From: Trichomonas gallinae | Lineage: Eukaryota | Direction of reading: 5' to 3' | DNA length: 46,109 bases | Assembly: GCA_008369845.1 (NCBI GenBank) | Contig: MRSU01007023.1 | Coordinates: 1 to 46,109 of the forward strand | Shown: piece by piece, positions 20,090 to 30,700 of the stretch | Position numbering within the stretch: the stretch's first letter is position 1 | Layout of the letters: every line of letters begins with the position of its first letter | Program-made: the position numbers and the translations under genes | The notes under the pieces: model-generated | Told to the model about the DNA's origin: nothing | The model's input: the letters and a program-made list of their open reading frames with translations, nothing else | Databases searched by the model: none

Positions 20090-22939
20090 TCATCTGATTA
20101 CATCCAACAAGAATTTGATAGTTTCCGCTGGTTTCTTCTTCATTATCATTCCAATTGCTTCGAGCATGTTCTCTAATTTAGCGCCATTGACATTGAAGAA
20201 TGCTATTGAGTCTGTTAGATAAGGTAAAATGGAAACAGGATCTTTGAGTTCTCCGTATGTTGACAAAAACAGTTGATGTGACATTTCAGGAGCGTTGACG
20301 AAGAAATAATTTTGGAAGAGTTTCGTGAGCATCGGTGATGTTGTTCTGAGTTGTTTCATCGATTCCATGACAGCAATTTGTGCCGTCTGCTCAGTCATTA
20401 ACTCAGGGACTTGAAGGAAGCAAGCTGAAATTCCATTGAACAAATCATTTGTTGTGATAATCTTTGATCTTTCGAGTGAAAATGCAGCCAAAATTAATTC
20501 AAGGAATTCATCGATGTTGTGTGAATTGAAGCAAGCAGACCAGAATGTATCTGGACCACCGAAAGCAGGAAGATAAGATAAAGGTCCAGCATAAGGGACA
20601 TAAACGAAATCACAATTTAATTTCTTCTGGACTTTCGATGGACCAATTTCCATCTGCTCGTTCAAATATTTCGTTGTCATCGTAGCTCTTGACTGATAAA
20701 ACTCGCCAAGATACCAGTGACCGTTTGGAGCTGAGTCTCCTCCAAGTGTTATGTCTTGTGATTCAGTCTCAACTGTTCTCAGTTCTTCGTTATCGATGTA
20801 AACACTCATCGCTGGTTTCTCGTCAACAATTTTGAGCTGGAAAGTGATCAAGTACCATGTCTTGAACTTCAATGGCAATGCTGACTTGTGTAGGCAGATG
20901 TTGCCATTATCGAAGAATACTGGATACCTGTCGTCGATCTTGAACATCGTCGATTTGCCTTCGAATTTGTGTACAAAGATCCAGAAACTTGTTACGCCTT
21001 CGCAGTGGATTTTATGAGCAAACTTCGGGCAATCGTGGTTTAATTGGTAAACACCAGTGCAGGGCTCCATGTTTTGGATGAGATATGAGATGGATTTTGG
21101 AGATGTCATGAATTTCGCTGCAATTTCGGAATTCATGTATGTTCTGCTGCTCTCGAAGATGTCTTCTTCAGCTGGTGTGAAATAAAGTGGAGCATATTTG
21201 CCGTAGATGTATCTGTTGTAAGCGTAGTCCAACATTGGCTGGACATATTTGCATAATGATGGAATTCTGATAAATTGCGATTTTGGAAGTGGATCGCGCT
21301 GCCAAATGCCACACATTGTATGCTGAATCTGTTCCTTTGGAATATGAGAGAAATCTGTTCGAGAAATATACTCATCAACTAAATTGTAAGGTTCTTCCCT
21401 TACAAATGATTTGATGATATCAAGTGTGGATGGGCAAGTCAAATGGCGAGTGAGTTTATCAAGTCCTCCTGTTTCGCAAAAGACATGGGCGAAATCAATG
21501 GAAATTTCACCGTATTCAGCGAGTAAATCAAGGACAGCGACATTCATTACATCTTTATCGAAGTATTTCTTGATTGTTTCTATGTAAACGTGTGGATCAA
21601 ACTGCGGTAAAACAATTTTAACGATTTCTTGTGGATGTCTTGATTCTTCGAGCGTCCCTTCGAGTATTCTTTCGAGGAAAAGGTTGATTTTCTCCCATTC
21701 TGGATCTAAATGCGAGAAAATAGCTGCAACTATATTGAATGTGTGGACATCTTTGATTAAAGCTGCAACCAATGGATCATAACTCATAGAATCGATGACA
21801 GAAACAAGTTCTTTGTATCCTTTTGGTCCCCATGTTGCTGCAACAATCATATCGCATAATGCTTCTGTATTTATATTCTTTTCCCAGAATGGATAAGACT
21901 CCATGAAGATAATGATTCTCTCCTTCAATTCATGGTTCTTTGCGATGTCATAGTACTTCGCTTGCGTCGGGAAAGGCATTTGCGGCAAGATCTTGGTGAA
22001 AGGAATGAGATCTACCTTTCTCACTCTAGGATGCGACTTAACGAAGTATAAAGCATCTATTGCAGTGCACAGTTGCCTCACTGTCGCTTGTTTATTGTAT
22101 GTAACAAATTGGAACTTTTGCCATGAAAGGTTTTGGTCAAGTGATTTCGTGATAAGGAAGCCAGAGAACCACTCGTATGAGACAATCGTTTGAAGTTTCG
22201 GTTCCAGGACATTAAAAATTTTAGACAAGTATTGTTCAGGAGACATGTTAGCGATGAGAGAACCAACGAGGTGGAGACCAACGGGAAGCATTTCTTCTGG
22301 TACTTCGTCGTTGTAGATTTGTTGAATTATGTGATCTAAGAATTCACGAATCTGGAGGAGAATTAAGTCCGTCTGTTTGAAGGCTGCCTCTATAAACATC
22401 TCAGCGATCTGCTTATTTACTTTGCTTTCCTTCATAATAACTCTATTCCAAAAAGTTACGATGTGCTGGCCTGCAAATATAATCCTGAGCAGAGCTTTGT
22501 CGGATGAAATCTCTTTCACATAAGGAAGCGAGTCTTCTATTACTTCATCGTTATTTGTATTTAAAATATCGTACATGATTTCGAGAAGGTTGTGTTTTTC
22601 CCAGTTATCAGAGTGGTACAAGCATGCAGCCCTTTCAAGGAAGGCCATTCCATAGATATATTTAACCTTTTCGTTTAATGATTCTACGAAAATTGGCCTA
22701 TAGAGTTCAATAAGCTTTGTTACTTCATGCTTGATATCACCAGCAAGCAATCCTTCTTTGTCATAGAAGTTAGCAAAGCGGGTGATATAATAATCTACAC
22801 ATTGCATTACTTTCTCGGAATTGTTAATTTCTTCTACCATAGTCTTGAACTGTAGGACTTCTGGCGATTTTTTATTCAGCAGTGGTTTTCCCTCAGTTGC
22901 CTGTTTCTTCCCAAAAAGGGAATCCAGGATTGAGCTCAT
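20090..22939 (-). CDS. N-terminal part of BEACH protein (ARM-like plus ConA/LamG-like domain)
   Basis: First ATG is at 22939, preceded by AAAAGTGACAAAA (the track starts at an upstream GTG). TSFWIFVHK...WYLITFQL...SVYIDNEE is a LamG/ConA-like pattern typical of BEACH N-termini. Confidence 0.7.
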   Translation of the reverse strand: MSSILDSLFGKKQATEGKPLLNKKSPEVLQFKTMVEEINNSEKVMQCVDYYITRFANFYDKEGLLAGDIKHEVTKLIELYRPIFVESLNEKVKYIYGMAFLERAACLYHSDNWEKHNLLEIMYDILNTNNDEVIEDSLPYVKEISSDKALLRIIFAGQHIVTFWNRVIMKESKVNKQIAEMFIEAAFKQTDLILLQIREFLDHIIQQIYNDEVPEEMLPVGLHLVGSLIANMSPEQYLSKIFNVLEPKLQTIVSYEWFSGFLITKSLDQNLSWQKFQFVTYNKQATVRQLCTAIDALYFVKSHPRVRKVDLIPFTKILPQMPFPTQAKYYDIAKNHELKERIIIFMESYPFWEKNINTEALCDMIVAATWGPKGYKELVSVIDSMSYDPLVAALIKDVHTFNIVAAIFSHLDPEWEKINLFLERILEGTLEESRHPQEIVKIVLPQFDPHVYIETIKKYFDKDVMNVAVLDLLAEYGEISIDFAHVFCETGGLDKLTRHLTCPSTLDIIKSFVREEPYNLVDEYISRTDFSHIPKEQIQHTMCGIWQRDPLPKSQFIRIPSLCKYVQPMLDYAYNRYIYGKYAPLYFTPAEEDIFESSRTYMNSEIAAKFMTSPKSISYLIQNMEPCTGVYQLNHDCPKFAHKIHCEGVTSFWIFVHKFEGKSTMFKIDDRYPVFFDNGNICLHKSALPLKFKTWYLITFQLKIVDEKPAMSVYIDNEELRTVETESQDITLGGDSAPNGHWYLGEFYQSRATMTTKYLNEQMEIGPSKVQKKLNCDFVYVPYAGPLSYLPAFGGPDTFWSACFNSHNIDEFLELILAAFSLERSKIITTNDLFNGISACFLQVPELMTEQTAQIAVMESMKQLRTTSPMLTKLFQNYFFVNAPEMSHQLFLSTYGELKDPVSILPYLTDSIAFFNVNGAKLENMLEAIGMIMKKKPAETIKFLLDVIR

Positions 22940-22941
22940 TT

Positions 22942-22951
22942 TTGTCACTTT
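22942..22951 (-). promoter_or_regulatory. AAAGTGAC (T. vaginalis motif-2-like) element
   Basis: AAAGTGACAA immediately before the BEACH ATG at 22939. Confidence 0.7.
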
Positions 22952-24176
22952 TAATCAAATTTTTATCTTGTTAAATTGCATTTTTAGATATATGCAATAT
23001 AAATGCATAATTTATTTTTCTGAAAGTTATCAAATTTTTTATAGTTCAAAACATATTTAAATATTGTCTATATTCTATAACTCAATAGAAGTGAAGTAAC
23101 AACGATAAATTTCACTTTTTTACGATTTTAATTTTATCTTAATATTTATATTGTTCTAAACGAATAAGTTGATCACGAGAATTACGGGCGTAAAATTTAA
23201 TTAAACCATTCGACTCACAAATAGATAACGAATTATAACAATATTTATGAAAAATTTATAATCGATTTAAATTTTTTAGAGAATAAAAATTTGATGATAA
23301 ATCTGGATGTTATAGACAATAAAAATGAATATTTCGCTAAAATATGTTTTTATTGCGGAAAAATTTAGAATTGAAAATAATCGCACATTTGAAAATTGAA
23401 GAGCAGATAATTGAAGCAAATATAAAGACCATAAATTTTTGATCCTTTCGGAATTTTTTTCATGTATTTCAATATAGTTCGATTGTAAATTGCTACTTTT
23501 AAAGTATTGCTGATTTTTATCCAATTTTTTTTTTGAATGAACAATAAGAACAATAAAATTCAGATTTTCTGCACTGTATTTATGAGTGAATGCATGTATA
23601 GTCTATATTAGCAACGACAATAAGAATAATCCAAGATTAATTATATTGGTAATTTTAACCTTATTTGGGCAAAATAAAAGTAACATTAACCTTATGCGCA
23701 ATAAAAATTTTCACTTGGGTTTTGTTTGGCGTTTATCTACAAATTGGAAGGTTAAACATCATCCCTATTTCTAGTGGTCAAAGAGTAGCATATACTGAGT
23801 AATATTCCTTAAATACAAATACATGTTTACAAAGTTATTATCAAAAATTATGCTTTAATTATCAGTCTTCAATTTTTCGATGAAAAATTATTTTTTCATC
23901 CTAGAAAATAAATAGCCAATTCATTGAATCAAGGACTAAGAGCAGAAACACGGGCTGGATAGCACATACTGCACTTTAAACGTGAAATAAATTTTGAATA
24001 TCCAGAGTCAGGACTTTTTGACTGTGCAGCCATTTCCATTTGCGATAATACTAGCTAGTAACCCATTCTAAAATAGATTGACAATTGTTTAGTGTGATCT
24101 TTGTTTATTGCTTTATTTTTTATAACCAATGCAAGTTTATTCTCATAATTTTCATATATATAGATTAATATCATTG

Positions 24177-24232
24177 TTACAATATAATCAATTCGAATGA
24201 TCTCTTACAATATAATCAATTCGAATGATCTC
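24177..24232. repeat. Perfect 28-bp tandem duplication TTACAATATAATCAATTCGAATGATCTC x2
   Basis: Copies at 24177-24204 and 24205-24232, followed by a decayed partial copy (ccacaatac). Confidence 0.95.
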
Positions 24233-24702
24233 CCACAATACAATGCTACATAGAACTTTATACATGAAATATAAAATAAAATTAGTCGTTTTACATCTAT
24301 ATATGCTCTTCCTTGTCTAATTAAAGTCAAACGCTTTGTTCAGTTGAGTAACTATTTTTGAATGATGGGATTTTGACAACTGAATTTACTTTTATCATAT
24401 AAATAAGTTTACACTATATTACTAATAATATTTATCACGAAATAACTCAATTTGACAATTTTTTGACAATCAAATTTTAACATCATATAGTAATAATGGT
24501 TATTACTCGAACAATAATGGTTTTTATGTTTTCCATTGTATTTGACAATTAACCTTATTAATAAAATTTTCAACTCTCATTTGAGGGGAAAATAATCGTC
24601 AATCTCTTACATCAGCCACAATAAATCATCAATATTTTAGGATATTTGTGGTCTACACACGTTAATAATGCATTCTTTAAGATATTTTCCAAATTCTATA
24701 TA

Positions 24703-27700
24703 ATGACTGATCGATTTTCGGGCCGCCATGATAGAATCCTTAAGCAGGAGAAGGAGCTCAACGAAAAGAACGATCACTTCAAGCGTATTGCAACTAAATT
24801 CGCTGAAGAAAACCCAACTGTTCCAGCCCTTAGCGATTGGGCATTAGCACCAATCGCGAAAGAGCCACTTTTCGATGAAATCAAACAACCACCAGAAACA
24901 ACACGCATACAGAAATCACCACGTCGTGTTAAAAAGACCAGTGATGGAACAATTGAGGCGCCTTTACATATTCGACCACCAAAGCCAATAGTTGACGACC
25001 AAATAAGTCTCGCATCTACGAAAGGACCAAACAGGAGACTCGGAATGACAAACCCAGAGCTCTCTTTGTTTAGAAGCGCAAGGAATAATAATCAATTCAA
25101 CCCGCTTCCGCCTTTAAAGACGCCAACAGTTGGAAGAACAGATACAATTCTCCCACTAGAAGTCTTCGACGACATGAATTACGCTCAATATCCAATAGAA
25201 GAGCTTCTCAAGCATCCCGAAGCTTTTTCGAAGTTCCAGGACGCAAATGGAGAGATGACGTGGAGGCCGTGCAAGTGCATTGGCTACGATGCTGAGAGGG
25301 AGCTGTTCACTATCGAATACGATCGTCAGGGCAAGACAAAGAAAGTTGTTCGTTTTAATATTCGATTCGCAATTGAAGATGAGGACAAATTCGAAAAAAG
25401 AGTACAAGCTGCGGTCGAGTCATGTCACAAATTCGAGATGCTTACGCGTTTAAATGTAAGAATCGATGGATTAATGGTTGATGATATTGCAGAATTAACA
25501 AATACGCAAATAAACAACATAATTCGAAAGCTTGGCATCATAATACCTCGAGAATATGAAATTTTACAAAATTCACTTACTAACGAGATTGGTGATAATT
25601 ACAGAAAGATTGGAAAGAAGCTTTATTATATCAACGATTTATATACAGAACCAACAATACCAGATAGGGATGAGTTTTTGACTTTACTAGAACAAAAACC
25701 AGAAAAAACGGATTATGGATATCCATATCGTCCTCCGGGCGATTTTCATGCTAAACTCAAAGCGTTTTCCAATATTTTCCTTCAAGCACATTCGTATTTG
25801 CTTAAAGGCCTTCAAAAAATCACAAAATCATTTGATTCTTTAGCGCAAACGAGATTTTTGGTTAAAGGATATGATGGATTACTCAGATTAGAAGAGTTCA
25901 CTAAAAGACAGCTCGAACTTGTGCAAGAAAAGTGCGAATATTTCAAAACAACAGTACAAACGACAATAGACTTGAATATTACAGAATTAATGAATAACAG
26001 AGATAGTCCGATGAATCCAAATGATCAGCGCGAATTATATCAAAGATTTATGACATTATCACAAAGAATGCTTCATAATTCACTTCTCGACTCCGTTCAG
26101 AAGACAATGGAGGATTATACATCATTGTTCGAGAAATTTGCTGTAGAAACTTCAACAGATTTAATTCCATCTCAATTTTACGTTACTCTGAAGCTGAGTG
26201 AAGAAAACAAACTTATTTTATCACCGACAATAGATGAGTTCAGAGATAATTTCGTTACAATTTTGAGCAAACTCGAAGATAAAGTCGCGATAATTCCAGA
26301 AATTAAATTCTCGATCATTGAGCTCAAATTGGATACAGTATCATACGTTGATATCCTAACAGAAATCATTCGACGTCGCAAACAGCTGTCTTACATATTA
26401 GATAAAATTCTCAAATTATTAGAAAACTTTATTGCACAGAATTCATCTGTTGAACCAACGCTAAACATAAATGCAGAAACATTTGCTACTGAATTTGATC
26501 CAGATGGCAAACGTTCAATCGAAGATTATACAAAACAATTAAATATTTTGAACAAAGATCTTGAAATAGTTGCAGTTAAGATACAGAGCACTTACAAGCT
26601 CGGAATTTTCCATTTAGACTGTACAGCATTCAAGAAAATTGCAATTGAAAAAATTTCGACTCTTATCATGAATTTATTCAACAGGATGCTTTACTTCGCA
26701 CAGAGTGAGACCCAGCATCTTATCACAACATTTAGAGATCTTATTGCTAAAGTTTCTGCGAATACAGATACTCCAGAAGAATTGGGCAAACTTAAAGAAT
26801 ATATGGACAATGTAGCCCAAAATTCACGTGACAGACAACAAAAGGTTGATACTATGATGAGAAGATTTGAATTCCTCGAAAATAATCATTTTCAAATCAG
26901 CGATGAAGACACAACAAACATTTACGTCTTGAAGTCTCAGCCTCGAGCATTAGAACACGCAATAGAAGCAGCCGAAGTTAAATACAAATCAGAAAGAGTC
27001 AGAATGTTCGAACAATTAAGAGAGAACGAGAAGCAACTTGATGACGACACAGATGAGGTAGCCAAAGAAATACAGCCATTCCTCGAAAAATACACAGACC
27101 TCGAAATGACAATCGATGCAGTTGACGCAATCAACGAAATTCAGAAGAAAGTCATGGAACTCAGACAGCGCCAAGACAAGTACAACAGGCAGGAAATACT
27201 ATTCGACAACGAACCTCAGCCATCGAAGAAATTGGCGAAGTTGCTCGAAGAATTCGCGCCAGTTTATTTGATGTGGACATTGGCCGGCGAGTGGAACACT
27301 AACAACAACACGTGGAGGGACACACCATTCAACCAGATCAAAGCTGATGGCATGAACCAGTTCTTGGTCATCTCAGCGAAGAAGATCGCTAAGCTCAAGA
27401 AAGATCTGGCCGCGAAAGATGAAATCGTCGAAAAGATTTTGATTCCATTAGGTGACCAAATCGATTCGTTCAAGAAACACATTCCTCTTATCTCAAAGCT
27501 CAGACACCCCGGCATCAAGACAAAGCACTGGGAGCAGATATCCAAGGTCGTCGGCTTCAAAGTTCAGCCGGACTTGGAGATGTCTTTGCAGCAGTTTTTG
27601 GATTTGAATCTCGAAAGGTGGGCCAGGGAAATCTCAGAAATCGCGGGCATAGCTGCCCAAGAATACAACATCGAGTCCATGCTTGACGCTATGGATTTGG

Positions 27701-30700
27701 AATTGCAGGAAAAGATGTTCAATGTTCAGCCCTTCAGAGATTCCGGTTCTTTCATTCTCGCTGAAGCTGACCAAATCATTTCGACAATTGATGACCAGTT
27801 AGTTACAACACAGACTCTGTTGACTTCGCCTTTCATTCACGCTGTCAAGAAGCGTGCAAACGAGAGGCTCGCCTTCTTGAGGAGATGCCACGAGTCTTTG
27901 GATGCGTGGATGGAATGTCAGAGAGGCTGGCTTTACTTGCAGCCAATTTTCACTGGAACAAGTATCCAGCAGAAACTACACCAAGAGGCTCGAGACTGGC
28001 AGAGAGTGGATAAGATGTGGCAATTGATGCTGACACAGACTAAAACGCATCCAAGCTTCAACAATGTCATGACAAGAGATCATTTATACGAAGATTTAGT
28101 TGACGCGAACAGACTTTTAGATTCTATCACACAAGGATTGAATGCATATCTCGAGGCCAAGAGACTTGGATTCCCAAGATTCTTCTTCTTATCTAATGAT
28201 GAACTCATCTCCATCCTTTCACACACTAAAGACTTCGACCAGATCCAGAAGTCAATGAACAAACTCTTCGAATATGTTCAGACGATCACTGTCGAAAACA
28301 ATATTATCACACACATGAACGACGACGGGCTCGAAAGAGTTAAGCTCATTAACGAAATCAACGGAGACACTCCAGAAATCGAAGACTGGCTTAACGCTTT
28401 TGAGAAGGAAATGCAGAACACTCTCAAATTTAACATAAGAGAAGCAATTCCAGCATCAGAAAAGAAGCGTAGAGAAGAGTGGCTCACTGACTTCCCAGCG
28501 CAAGCAATTTTGACAGTCAACCAGATCTTGTGGACAACGCAAGTCACAAACGCATTGGAGAATTCTAATGTTAAGTCCAAGAACTTAACAGCATTGATGA
28601 AAAGATTCCTTGAGAATCTGAATGGACTGACAGATATGATTCGTAAGCCACTGAAACAAGCAACGAGACAATGCATCTCTTGCATGCTGATTTTCGAAGT
28701 CCACAACAGAGATATCATTCAGCACTTGATTGACGACAACATTACTGATGTTGAAGACTTCAAGTGGGAGCAGCAGTTAAGATACTACTGGGAGAACGAC
28801 ACAGTCATGGTCAGATCAATCAACAACGACTATGAATATGCTTACGAATATGCAGGCAACTCAGCGAGACTCGTCATCACTCCTCTTACCGATAGATGCT
28901 ACCAGACATTACTGGCTGCTTTCAAGCAGAACATGAGCGGTGCTCCAAGTGGACCTGCAGGTACAGGCAAGACAGAAACAGTCAGAGATTGCGCTAAAGC
29001 TTTAGGAAGACCTTGCGTCGTTTACAACTGTTCAGAAGAAGTTACTCCAGAGCAGATGTCTCAATTCTTCGCTGGACTTTCAAGCAGCGGTACTTGGTCA
29101 TGCTTCGATGAATTCAACAGAATTAACATCGAAGTTTTGTCAGTTATCGCTCAACAAGTCCGTTGCATTCAGGAAGCCATTGCTGCTAAAGCAGAAACAT
29201 TCCAGTTAGATGCAAGAACGCTCAAAGTCAATGCTAATGCTGCCATTTGCATCACAATGAACCCAGGTTACGCTGGCCGTACAGAACTCCCAGATAACTT
29301 GAAGGCACTATTCAGACCGTGCGCTATGATGGTCCCTGACTTCGTCTTTATTTCTGAAATCATGCTGTTCTCAGGAGGCTACAACACAGCTTCACAGTTA
29401 TCAGTCAAGCTTGTAGCTTTGTTCGATTTGTGTAGGAAGCAGCTTTCACACGCTTACCACTATGATTGGGGTCTTCGTGCTATGAAAGCCATTCTTTCAA
29501 CAGCAGGAAAAGCAAAGAGAAACAATTTGGAAGCGCAAGAAGCCAAATTGCTTTTCGAGTCAATCAGAGACTGCACGAGACCAAGACTCGTCAACACAGA
29601 TATTCCACTATTCGAAGGCATCATGCACGATGTCTTCCCAGAGGTTGAGGCCGAGAAATTGCTCGACGAGAAGATGAGAGACTACATGATACAGTCATAC
29701 ATTAATCAGCACGCTCAGCCGTTAGAATTATACGTCAAGAAGTGCAACGAAATCTACGAGACAACGTTAGTAAGACACGGTATCATGTTCGTCGGTGGCG
29801 CAATGGGTGGAAAGTCAACAGCATGGAAGGCATTACAGAAAACATTAGGAAAACTCGCTGAAGAAAAAATCGGAAAACCAGCTGAAACGTTCATATTGAA
29901 TCCGAAAGCTATTTCCATCCCAGAGCTTTACGGTCTTTTCGATCCAGTAACATCAGGTTGGACAGATGGTGTTTTGTCCTCTTTCATCAGAGACTGTTCA
30001 ATGTCTGAGCCAACAGCTTGGAAGTGGATCATCGTCGATGGCCCAGTCGACTCTTTGTGGATCGAAACAATGAACTCACTTTTGGATGATAACAAAGTTC
30101 TCTGTTTGTCAAACAACGAGCGTATATCATTGGGAGCTCACTGTAAGATGATGTTCGAAGTCGATGACCTTTCACAGGCTTCTCCAGCTACAGTTTCTCG
30201 TTGTGGCATGATATACTTCGATCCTGTTACTCTCCCTTGGACAGCAATTGCTGATTGCTGGGTCACAGCATCCAAATATCCAGAAATAGCTAAGCACGTA
30301 AGAGCAGAGATGGACAAAGTTGTTCCTCGCGTTTTAACATTCGTCCAATGCGATGCTAAAGTTGCAATCGGAACAAATACATCATTTTACGTCAAGAACA
30401 TGCTAAACATCATTGACTGCTTCTTCGATATCATGAGAGAAGCCCAGGAAATCGTTTCTCAAGATGGTGAAGATCCAAGACAAGTTGATCCACTCGATCA
30501 CACATTGTACTTCTCTAGATACACGAAGAAGCGTGATTCAACATTCGGCTATTTCAACGATGAAACAGTTAAACCGATCTTCGAAAAAGTTTTGTTGTTT
30601 GCCATCGTTTGGAGTTTCGGCAGTGTTCTCGCTGAAGACTCTCGTTCTATGTTCGATAACTTGATGAAGGACATATTAAAGAACTCAAAGAACCAGTTCC

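Larger units (their letters stand above)
16496..22939 (-). pseudogene. BEACH-domain gene (~2147 codons) interrupted by one in-frame TGA at 20090-20092; nonsense allele, readthrough or assembly error
   Basis: ORFs 20090..22948 and 16496..20017 share a frame and are joined by TGA plus 24 sense codons (…LLDVIR*IPYISSDKVETPDDPRTTEIQVELMRRVFG…). Joined order: ARM, ConA/LamG-like, ARM, PH, BEACH, WD40, Cys8 finger. Confidence 0.75.

Noticed and set aside
20090..20092. Selenocysteine or genome-wide UGA reassignment as the explanation for the internal TGA
   Set aside because: TGA terminates other genes here (5745, 14887, 15967), Trp is encoded by TGG, there is no redox motif around the codon, and I saw no convincing SECIS (AUGA...AA...GA) downstream.
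23580..24120. Possible decayed gene or ncRNA between the BEACH and dynein genes
   Set aside because: The frames I translated are interrupted and show no recognisable motif or structure.
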